Shown here piece by piece: positions 57,001-64,000 of a stretch of 64,000 nt of DNA. The notes below the pieces were generated by a model. The model ran no database searches, was not told where the DNA came from, and saw nothing but the letters and a program-made list of their open reading frames with translations. The number at the start of each line of letters is the position of its first letter. The stretch's first letter is position 1. The DNA comes from an uncultured virus (IMG/VR IMGVR_UViG_3300032212_000001) (lineage: Duplodnaviria > Heunggongvirae > Uroviricota > Caudoviricetes), in IMG/VR virus record IMGVR_UViG_3300032212_000001; one strand, 5' to 3'. Position numbers and translations under genes: made by a program.

Positions 57001-57370
57001 GGAGAGGGCCATTCGCGTCATTCATGAGGAGAAAGTGGAAGAACGTCGAGCTTCGTTACGTCGCGAAATGATAATCGGATCGGCTGTTGCTGTGGGTGCC
57101 GCGACCATTGCGGAAAGAAATGGGACTGTTTCTAAGCCGGTGGCCTTGGGTCTGAGTGCTCTCTCGATCTCTCTACTCGCAGCCAGGAGCCTGAGCAGGG
57201 GTATAGGCTCCATTGAGCGCTTGCCTGTTGCAAAACGCCCTGAAGGGCTTCCTCCGGCTCCAGAGCCTCCTGTTAAAATGACGATCTCTGCTCCAGATAC
57301 AACAAAGGATCAGAAGCCAAGTGCCGCGAAGGACAAAGAAGCTAAACAAAGAGAAACAAATCTTCGTTGA
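54077..57370 (+). CDS. large membrane-associated coiled-coil virion protein
   Basis: 1097 aa; hydrophobic hairpin W.IPVIGW, coiled coils, C-terminal TMs; start may be GTG about 54092. Confidence 0.7.
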   Translation: MRSANVLFGRQRNPAATTLARGGAGWAPRHSDQRRTTSSLGEAQADEIGSVISFTKESVFQTLRKIATDYPCDSPFYVDEYDGSYNVKPDASPSIHSLVSAIRAGSVPVSFLEDIVRDPDMTRMHGIVDFARDMLLAANKSLQGFGVALSERPVGSDISDLYNRIMRTGFSSRSTVRRTILLGRVGEDNFSYDLTPKVPSPYGAIVIGDSSTDSDFFSKASALFPGGPKIGTIAKYAKTIEYHSDVNGKIIVKKAEKDKDSGQFFVRRIWQKWSNVPATHYIDKIRFDQYLNTFAPAKNVTGTPDEIEAKRIETVDNRLSQSPTGLSVNLWYGMTAPATQVEWERAKVARAQIAGSPVNYPVDIIEELNTIPFGTNYKNIDAQEKTAVSYNGVAQSPKNRLRVNFEASNWTNPGPWNEIKPIDVVIALESLSPDEIDRLERYFDWNHDGSTQPYVPSPGGFNIQIDFGSSFNSWAQSMNDSHARKRKGQADRYSLAFMLETIFNLTFEPKKALLAGDLARQIEIEQPGIDESDLRMNWKDMVNWVRDNKKLPYIMARAKDPYADKRIENIVEIREKDKTEEEKSINYKVNALFLWEEEKPTGLAKNITIGLMRVGVHIGLGRIASARALFGQIREFVCSQKLAGNTLSDGEIVEIDRLLENAGHFAKNGVLPPPKPVSADATLALEELANRVTKIDASEYMSMRSEELAVAADDLKKGKFTEEDAPELALKALNEERKLDLEIENSRKEVEAAEFEKEKLEEKKILTQDRLHKALKGDNGQLDGWLSDSLKSVERKFRHEMKRVARSVDRTFSSLTEEAMEVLEPKSVFGFFKDVYGDIEDEAKRFSRRVENETQRFGRQIEKGGKSFGRRFDKNLQRVVKSIAQNAVWINAVAGVLWYIPVIGWIINLVVMSIVAVAEIVFTYKMKTAIKGQLKDALKILRQQIAKLNAEIADLERQAEEAEAQRKVVRALAEEERAIRVIHEEKVEERRASLRREMIIGSAVAVGAATIAERNGTVSKPVALGLSALSISLLAARSLSRGIGSIERLPVAKRPEGLPPAPEPPVKMTISAPDTTKDQKPSAAKDKEAKQRETNLR

Positions 57371-57373
57371 GAA

Positions 57374-57763
57374 GTGGCGGCTATGAGGAAATCTGTATTT
57401 ACAAAATTGCCCTACCAGTATCGCTGGATTTCGATTGATACAGTGAAGGCTGTGGAATCCCTAATACAGCGTGGCGGTGATTATAAAACGGAGCGTGACA
57501 AGTACCGCTTCTTGAAGTATTTTGATTCGCTTGGAGGGGTCCATCGTAGGTTATCCAAGGAAATCAAAGCGGAGAGGAAGGCTGTATTGAGCAGTGTCAT
57601 CTTGCTTTTCCTTGAGCGTGAGACGCCGCTTTGGATTTGGACGAAGGCTGATCGCAGTGATATATATCCTACGACAGCCCACTGCTTCCTTGCCCTATGG
57701 GCCTACTCTCCAACCCCAATGTTATTGAATAAATATCTTAGAGAGAATGGTTTCCTACTATGA
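57374..57763 (+). CDS. hypothetical protein
   Basis: operon packing. Confidence 0.5.
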   Translation: MAAMRKSVFTKLPYQYRWISIDTVKAVESLIQRGGDYKTERDKYRFLKYFDSLGGVHRRLSKEIKAERKAVLSSVILLFLERETPLWIWTKADRSDIYPTTAHCFLALWAYSPTPMLLNKYLRENGFLL

Positions 57764-57927
57764 TTCTTTTACACACAGAGCCCGTGTTTATTGACAATGG
57801 CTCTCATTACCTCGACGCAGTGAGTCATGAGTCTTGCGTTGTTATGGTAGGCTGTCCCGTTGAATTTGACCCTCTGCTATTAGAGTCCAGGGAAAACGCT
57901 TTCCTTGGATAAGACAAGGAGAATGAC

Positions 57928-58176
57928 GTGCTAGGTAACTTCCTGAAGAAAGCCGCTCGGAGCTTGGCTAATGAAGCCCTGAAAGATTTTCAGTGGTTCC
58001 GCAAGGGCAAAGGCGGGCATTGGGAGAAGTGGCGTATTGGTCACCCTGTAAATGAAGAGCGTTGGTATCAAATAGATACTAGGTCCAGCAACAAGAGTGA
58101 AGTTGTCTTTGCTGAGAATGGTCAGCAGATGAAGCTGAACAATGATATGGAAAAGCTTGAGGAAGAGGACTGGTAA
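57928..58176 (+). CDS. hypothetical protein
   Basis: palindrome at 57891 and GACAAGGAGA at 57913. Confidence 0.65.
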   Translation: MLGNFLKKAARSLANEALKDFQWFRKGKGGHWEKWRIGHPVNEERWYQIDTRSSNKSEVVFAENGQQMKLNNDMEKLEEEDW

Positions 58177-58177
58177 A

Positions 58178-58843
58178 TCAGACCGCTTCCGCTTGGTAGC
58201 TTATTTTCCTATTTTCCTGCTCAACCTTTTCTTCATAAAGCCGTTTTGCAATTGGACACTTATCGGGGGACGTGCCACAAATGGCAACGACTTCTGCATC
58301 CGGGCAAAGTGGCTTTATTTCATTATAGAACCTGTCGAATTGCGGGTTCTTATCGCGCCGCTCTTTATCATCGTCATGATCGAATGAAAAGAAGCAGGGG
58401 CCATGGCCTTCTTTCGCCATGTCGATGATGAGGTAAATCATATCGTAAGACTTTTCAGCCATCACCCCCATGGCTTCCGAGAGGCTTTTGGCGCAATCAT
58501 AGTCAGCGTTGGAGTTGGCGTCGAGCAACAGGGACGATAGAAGATTCTCGTTCGAGGAGAATGGGACGACAAGAATCTTGCGTTTCTTGTTACGGCGAGT
58601 GATGAAAGAAATACGTTTTCTTAGGTCATAAATCCTTGTAATAGATTCATTCATCTCCGTCATTTGAGAGAACGCCATCGTTTTCTTTTTGTTGAGTTCT
58701 TGAAGTCTCTTTATGTCTTCGTCGTCTTCTTCTTCGTAAAAAGATTTGTAGAAGGTGGCTTTTGAGCTTCTTCTTTTTGCTTTGCCTCTTAACCAATCAA
58801 GCATTTCCCTGCGCCTTTCTCTCGGACTCGTCCAGTTTCGCAT
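58178..58843 (-). CDS. degenerate response-regulator receiver domain protein
   Basis: KILVV...AKSLSEAM......YDMIYL.IDM...G...VVAICG. Confidence 0.5.
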   Translation of the reverse strand: MRNWTSPRERRREMLDWLRGKAKRRSSKATFYKSFYEEEDDEDIKRLQELNKKKTMAFSQMTEMNESITRIYDLRKRISFITRRNKKRKILVVPFSSNENLLSSLLLDANSNADYDCAKSLSEAMGVMAEKSYDMIYLIIDMAKEGHGPCFFSFDHDDDKERRDKNPQFDRFYNEIKPLCPDAEVVAICGTSPDKCPIAKRLYEEKVEQENRKISYQAEAV

Positions 58844-59186
58844 TTAGGCGAGTTATGAGAGTCTGAGCATCTTTGAGTGTGTTGTCCATCCTCTTGAGTG
58901 TATCATTGGTTGTCGTAATCATAGCAGTTTGTGGTTCAGCTTGAGCAAGTTGGTCCTTGAGAAGTTTTTTGGATTCTTCTCTAAACTCCCTCTCCAAGCC
59001 TATATATTTGCGAACAAGCCATGCAATAACGAGGCAAGAGATTACGAACAGAACTCCCAGTATAAGGGCAGGGCCACCTTCGATAACACGCTCGACGTAG
59101 CCTATTCCCTCTTCTGGATCTGTTGCAAGCAGGTTTAGCATTAAATTCACCTCGTTTTCGTAGTTGCTATTGTTTGTATCCGACAA
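58797..59186 (-). CDS. single-TM coiled-coil protein (holin-like)
   Basis: GGPALILGVLFV TM followed by heptads. Confidence 0.5.
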   Translation of the reverse strand: MSDTNNSNYENEVNLMLNLLATDPEEGIGYVERVIEGGPALILGVLFVISCLVIAWLVRKYIGLEREFREESKKLLKDQLAQAEPQTAMITTTNDTLKRMDNTLKDAQTLITRLNAKLDESERKAQGNA

Positions 59187-59240
59187 TATAGCTTTTTAGA
59201 TTATAGGTAGGGTCTCAAAAAGCTATACGGGTATAGCGTT

Positions 59241-60704
59241 GTGCATAACCGTGACGAAAGGAAGTATCGTATCGTGAGCGCAATTTGTCACGTCTGGGAC
59301 GAGAATAAAATGTCTCGATCTCTTCCAAAGATACCCTTTGGAAAGCAAACTCAATCGGCATTTTACATACACAAAACGGTCAAAGAAGACCTTCCTGTCT
59401 TTATTCAAAGGCTCATAGAAAAAGCTGAGAGGAAAGCGTTTTCCCAGATAGGTTTTTACAATGTCATCAAGGTTCATAAGTATGAACCCAGGATATCTTT
59501 TCTTGCCTATCCGAATTTTGATAAGGACGAAACTCCTTCATTGAAACGCTCTGTTGTCGTAAACTTTAGAACCGGCAAGGTTGCGGAGTGGTCCTATGGT
59601 GAACATTCAGAACCACCAATCTTGCACAAGAAACAACTTCTCTTGCAAGGTGAAGCTATGAGAAATCCAACAACAGCCATTGCCAGGAGCGAAAGCTCTA
59701 TGCCCTTCCGTGTCGCCGTCGATAAGAAATTAGTAAGCGCCCCCGCTCTTGACTGGGGTTGCGGAAAGGGCGCTGATGTGCGCTCTCTTAGAGACATGGG
59801 CATTATGACGGCTTGTTACGATCCTGCTTATGCGCCGCGTCTTCCAAAGAAGAAGGGCTTCTATAGCTACGGCCACGCTATCTACGTTGTAAACACGATA
59901 GAAGACTCAAGTGAAAGAACGAGGACTTTGAAAAGATTTCGGAGTCACTTGAAGAAAGGGGCCTCCTGGTTGGTCGCGGTAAGGAGTCGAAGCGCGATAG
60001 AACGGGCTGCGGAAGAGAGCGGTTGGCGTAAACACAAAGACGGTTATCTCACTGGCTCGGGAACATTTCAAAAAGGATACAGCAAAAAAGGTCTCGCGTC
60101 TCTTCTGGCTAAGGTCGGATTCAGTGACTTTGACACCTACAAACAAGGCGATTCGATAATCGCTCATACCCCTGTTAAGAAAAGAAACCCAAGACGAGTT
60201 GAAGTCTCCAATGCTCAACAACGGGAGGCCGGTTCTTCAAGGTCGGTAGAGGTCGAAGAGGTCTTGCCCGAATATGATTGGGCCTTCTTTAGTTCTGACG
60301 ATGATTCTGAAGAGGAAGAGTTGATAAGGAACCCATTGGTTTTAGCTGGAAATCCTAAAAGCACGAAGCGTCTTAATTGTGAACGGATCGAGAGATTCGT
60401 TGAAGAGTGTGTTGGTTGGCTTATTGATGTCCAGGGTATGATTCAGGACGAATCCGGCACCGATATGGCCGAAGTGAATCGGCTCGTTCGATCAGCGAGA
60501 GACACTTTGAGTTCTTCTGTGCCTGATTGCGATGAAAACTTGGAAGTTTTTCATCGGGCCTATCATACGGCTTGTCGAAAAATCGAGAGGGCTATTCGTC
60601 TTGAAAGAGGCGAGTTCCGTGGTCATAAGTCTTTCAAGGCTCTTCGAGAGATCTCAACGGAGATTCATCGTTTCGATAAGTGGATGCATGAACTCCAAAG
60701 TTGA
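59241..60704 (+). CDS. protein resembling the DNA-phosphorothioation-associated putative methyltransferase (TIGR04096-like)
   Basis: ISFLAYPNFD.D..PSL..S....PPILHKK; TAIARS..S.P...LDWGCGKG.DV..L....YDP; YVVNTIED..ER..TL; GTFQK; start may be 59310. Confidence 0.7.
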   Translation: MHNRDERKYRIVSAICHVWDENKMSRSLPKIPFGKQTQSAFYIHKTVKEDLPVFIQRLIEKAERKAFSQIGFYNVIKVHKYEPRISFLAYPNFDKDETPSLKRSVVVNFRTGKVAEWSYGEHSEPPILHKKQLLLQGEAMRNPTTAIARSESSMPFRVAVDKKLVSAPALDWGCGKGADVRSLRDMGIMTACYDPAYAPRLPKKKGFYSYGHAIYVVNTIEDSSERTRTLKRFRSHLKKGASWLVAVRSRSAIERAAEESGWRKHKDGYLTGSGTFQKGYSKKGLASLLAKVGFSDFDTYKQGDSIIAHTPVKKRNPRRVEVSNAQQREAGSSRSVEVEEVLPEYDWAFFSSDDDSEEEELIRNPLVLAGNPKSTKRLNCERIERFVEECVGWLIDVQGMIQDESGTDMAEVNRLVRSARDTLSSSVPDCDENLEVFHRAYHTACRKIERAIRLERGEFRGHKSFKALREISTEIHRFDKWMHELQS

Positions 60705-60716
60705 AGAGGTTCGATC

Positions 60717-63700
60717 ATGGAAGTGAAGTCTGTCGGGAACGTGCGATGTCCAGAAACAGAGCGCGACATTAAGATACATACACCAGCCTCCTGGCCTAAG
60801 ACGGTTCGAGCTTTTGTAGAAGAGTCATTGACCAAGAAAATTCTTGAAGGTTGTCCAGAGACTCAGAGCAGAGTTATTAAAAACCCTGCTGGGCGGCGCA
60901 GGAACCCCGTCAACGTGTCGATCATTACTGACAGGAAGAAAGTCATAGACGCTTTCTTGAAGGGCTCCAAGGAGCTTCATGAGGCCCTGGAGTCTTATGA
61001 GCCGTCGAGGAGTGTGAAGAAAGTCGAGACCATTCTTCAAAAAGCGATTCAGCAAGGGAATCTTGAAAGGCGTGGGTACGAAGTCAAGAAGAAGACTAAG
61101 ACCATAGGAAACGCTAAGTATTTTAGCTTTGCTATCCAGTCTCATGATAGTTCTTTCTTCTGGCTCACCCAGGAAGCGACGAAGGCCGAGAAAAGTGATG
61201 AGGATCACTTGAAAGAACTCAGTGACATACTGAGATACTGGTCTATGCAGAGAAAACTCTCGGGAAATCTTCCGTATCAAGTCAATGAGAAAATAGGAGA
61301 GATTGAGCGCTATTACAGGACTACGAAAAGGGAAGAAATCAAATATTTCATGGATTTCCTTCCGCCCGCTCCAGACTTAACCGATTATCACATCATCGCT
61401 GTCAACACGAGCGCCGGTAAAGACTCCCAGGCAATGATGGATTATGTCGTTGAGCTTGCGAAAGAAGTCGGTGTCATGGATCGCCTGATTTCGGTCCATG
61501 CCGATCTTGGAGAGCTTGAATGGGAGGGGACCAAAGAACTGGCTCTTGACCATACAAAGCACTACAACATGCCTTTTTACACTGTCCAGAGAGACCGGGA
61601 TCTTCTGCATCAGATCGAGCACGAAAGGGAAGACTTCCCTGGTCAGAGTGCCCGATTCTGCACAAGCGAACACAAGACGAGTCAGGTTCAAAAGCTCTAC
61701 ACCCGTTTCTCCGATAAGAAGCTTGCTGACTACTTGACGGATCTTTTGGATCTCGAAGTGGAGAAATGGATTAAGGATTGGCGCGAAGCGGGAAAGAACG
61801 CCAAGGCTGATAAAGCCGCCCTTTGGTTTGAAGGTAAAGATCGCATTACGGCTTTGCGTATGGAACAGGTCGATTTTTCAGAGGGTGAGCTGTCTGTCAA
61901 GGATACTGAAAGGCTTCGCGAATTAAGAGCCGAGGTAGACAAAGAGGCTCTTCGCTTTTTCAACAAGAGCGACTGGAGCAAGATTCGCAAAAGTGCTAAG
62001 GACAAGCTTCCAAGGATGCGTGTTCTTTCATGCTTGGGAATCAGAGCCCTGGAGGGTCATGAGAGGGCTCGCAAGAATCCCTTTGAAACGATTGAAGACA
62101 TCGGTATTCGCCAGACAGAACGCTGGTTTCCTATTTTCCGATGGACTGAAGCTGATGTTTGGAATCGCATTGACAATATGGAAACGCGCTATGCGACTCC
62201 CTACGACCTTGGAATGAGTCGATTGTCTTGTGCCTTCTGTGTCTTCGCAACACTCGATGATTTATTGATTTCTGCGGAACACAATCCAGAGCTACTCGAT
62301 AAGTATGTGGGCTTGGAGGAGCGGCTCGCGGAGAAGCATAAAAAGATGACCTTGAAGAAGCAGGTCTCGGCTGGTGAGAAAGCTTACAAAAAAGCCAAGG
62401 CGAAGGGTCTTTCTGAGAAAGAGGCAGAAGAGTCAAGAGTTTCGGCGATGAAGAACGTTCCGATGCCTCAGTTTAAGACGGATCTTTCAATCAAGGAAGT
62501 GAAGGAGAAGTTCAAAGAGGGCGAGCGCGGTCGTAAGTGGTCGCGTGGGAAGAGAAGGCTTCAAGTCGTTGCTTCAGAGCCACCACCGATCCCCGAGAGC
62601 CTTCAGAAGTTCCCCGAAAAGGTTGTCCACGAGGAACAGGCGGAAGTGGATTTATCATGTGCCCCTGACAAAAATGGTGAAAACCTGCGTGTTGGTGATA
62701 AGGTCACAACTTTGATAGCCGGGGTCAAAGACACAAAAAAAAAGCCTCTAGAGTTTTACGAGTTCGAGATAAAGAGGATCTTCCCTGGGAAGACGGGGCC
62801 ACAGGTCAAACTTTTTTGTTTGGATGCCCCTTCAAAGAACATGACGCTGGCAAGTAATTCGGTGTCAAAGATCAAAGTCCTTGAAGAGACGATAAGCAGC
62901 GGTGAGGTTGATAGCGTGGGCAAAAGCGATTGGTCTATAAAGAAAGACGGCAAGAGTTACACGTTGAGCCGTCCCGAGGGTGTTGTTGCCCCTGATATCC
63001 GATTCAAGAAAGCAGCGCTTTTTCTGTCTGAACAGCTTCAATCATTAGAGATGGACTGGTCTGACTTTCCTTCTAATCCGAGAAGGAAGAAAGAAAAGGC
63101 CCTGGCTCTCATACATCGCGTTCGCCGGGTTCGCGATATCTCTGATATCGACACTATTTTAAGTGATATTGAAAGCGAGAAACCTTCAAGCGAAGCTGAG
63201 ACTCTTAAATTCAAAGTGTCTCCGTCGCTTGTTGAATACATCGACCACTTGGTTCTGGATAGGTATATCGACAAGGATGGCGAGCGATATGACATTGATT
63301 CCGAACAGGAATACCAAGCAGCGGTTTTCCTTCGTGATCGCCTGTATGACGGCGTTCTCGAATTGCCCGCCTATGGCGATGTTCTGGAGTCTGTCTATCA
63401 AATCATTCTCGATTCTCTGAACAGTGATGACGAAGACGGCACGGCACATATCGGTCGAGCTTCACGTTCATTTGACAGCTTGTCTAAAAAGCTCCTGGCT
63501 GCTCAGAGAAAATATAAGGACAAGAAGTATTTCTCAAAGAAGAAAGAGAAAACGTTTTCCATGAGAAGTGATAATGATGCCTTCGTCGGCGGTTCTGTTT
63601 GGAAGCCCAGCGAAGTTCTGGATAGTGTTGGTTTTATACTTGCCGACAAGCAAGGCGTCTTGACGATGATTGCGAAGTCTTCTGGAGGCTTCCTTGTTGG

Positions 63701-64000
63701 ACCTAAAGACTTCAATGATTCTCAGGAAGTGGCTCGTTGGCTTTCGAGCAAAGGTTTTGATCTTTCAACGAAGCATCGCGATTTGGGTTCTGCGGAGCAT
63801 GAAGATCCAGAATACGTCCTTCGCTATCTTGGTAATCATGACTACGACGAAGCCGTTGCTCTTGTTGATAGGCAATACAAGATTCACTTGGACAATGTGA
63901 AGGCCGATAACAGATCGGACAATCATCTTCTCTGGGAAGGAATGAACGTTTGCGAGGACCAAACCAATAGAGACGCTGTTGTTGTCAGCTTCGATGAAGA
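60717..64000 (+). CDS. giant multidomain protein (>1090 aa, runs off the window) containing a PAPS-reductase/DndC-like PP-loop domain
   Basis: no stop from ATG 60717 (GAGG RBS) to the window end; NTSAGKDSQAM, HADLG, RFCTSEHK, LGIRA.E, PIF.W...DVW, RLSCAFC. Confidence 0.8.
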   Translation, partial: MEVKSVGNVRCPETERDIKIHTPASWPKTVRAFVEESLTKKILEGCPETQSRVIKNPAGRRRNPVNVSIITDRKKVIDAFLKGSKELHEALESYEPSRSVKKVETILQKAIQQGNLERRGYEVKKKTKTIGNAKYFSFAIQSHDSSFFWLTQEATKAEKSDEDHLKELSDILRYWSMQRKLSGNLPYQVNEKIGEIERYYRTTKREEIKYFMDFLPPAPDLTDYHIIAVNTSAGKDSQAMMDYVVELAKEVGVMDRLISVHADLGELEWEGTKELALDHTKHYNMPFYTVQRDRDLLHQIEHEREDFPGQSARFCTSEHKTSQVQKLYTRFSDKKLADYLTDLLDLEVEKWIKDWREAGKNAKADKAALWFEGKDRITALRMEQVDFSEGELSVKDTERLRELRAEVDKEALRFFNKSDWSKIRKSAKDKLPRMRVLSCLGIRALEGHERARKNPFETIEDIGIRQTERWFPIFRWTEADVWNRIDNMETRYATPYDLGMSRLSCAFCVFATLDDLLISAEHNPELLDKYVGLEERLAEKHKKMTLKKQVSAGEKAYKKAKAKGLSEKEAEESRVSAMKNVPMPQFKTDLSIKEVKEKFKEGERGRKWSRGKRRLQVVASEPPPIPESLQKFPEKVVHEEQAEVDLSCAPDKNGENLRVGDKVTTLIAGVKDTKKKPLEFYEFEIKRIFPGKTGPQVKLFCLDAPSKNMTLASNSVSKIKVLEETISSGEVDSVGKSDWSIKKDGKSYTLSRPEGVVAPDIRFKKAALFLSEQLQSLEMDWSDFPSNPRRKKEKALALIHRVRRVRDISDIDTILSDIESEKPSSEAETLKFKVSPSLVEYIDHLVLDRYIDKDGERYDIDSEQEYQAAVFLRDRLYDGVLELPAYGDVLESVYQIILDSLNSDDEDGTAHIGRASRSFDSLSKKLLAAQRKYKDKKYFSKKKEKTFSMRSDNDAFVGGSVWKPSEVLDSVGFILADKQGVLTMIAKSSGGFLVGPKDFNDSQEVARWLSSKGFDLSTKHRDLGSAEHEDPEYVLRYLGNHDYDEAVALVDRQYKIHLDNVKADNRSDNHLLWEGMNVCEDQTNRDAVVVSFDE

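Noticed and set aside
54077..57370. Tape measure protein of a tailed phage
   Set aside because: No adjacent tail tube, chaperone or baseplate genes recognised; the context is membrane proteins. Not fully excluded.
62735..62743. Poly-A slippery site or frameshift
   Set aside because: The frame stays open through it (T-K-K-K).
60825..63962. Many short ORFs listed in the track
   Set aside because: They are shadows of a single uninterrupted + strand frame from 60717 to the window end.
1..64000. Stop-codon reassignment
   Set aside because: Genes tile densely with TAA, TAG and TGA all used as coupled stops; known enzymes are full length.

Overview
This window looks like part of a large, divergent bacterial dsDNA virus or plasmid-like provirus read in the standard genetic code. 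It contains no rRNA, complete tRNA, CRISPR array, terminase, portal, HK97 or double-jelly-roll capsid gene that I can recognise. Layout: (i) 0.1-25.7 kb, about 50 co-oriented, mostly small early/middle genes, including a PAPS-reductase-like PP-loop enzyme, a TopoVI-A-like TOPRIM, an HNH-sigma4 fusion, a fused thymidylate synthase, dcd, methyltransferases, a serine recombinase and a DEDD exonuclease; (ii) 25.7-34.3 kb, a minus-strand block with a Hanks kinase, a ParB-like protein, RusA-like, Rad52-like and SNF2 genes; (iii) 34.6-38.8 kb, primase-polymerase, an iteron-rich origin candidate and RecQ; (iv) 38.9-44.6 kb, fibre/spike-like genes; (v) 48.6-57.4 kb, a transglutaminase-like protease followed by small tail-anchored membrane proteins sharing an 'LG' motif, suggesting a membrane-containing tailless virion; (vi) 59.2-64 kb, a Dnd-associated-type methyltransferase and a >1090-aa PAPS-reductase-containing protein missing from the ORF track. 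The strongest non-coding signals are 23 dispersed copies of the palindrome GGAAAACGTTTTCC (candidate ParB/KorB-like sites), three tRNA-elbow-like mini-elements at early gene ends, five TATACCATTGGTATA operators over promoters, and about 18 GACAAGGAG(A) ribosome-binding motifs absent from the structural modules. All family calls come from motif recognition by eye, not from database searches.
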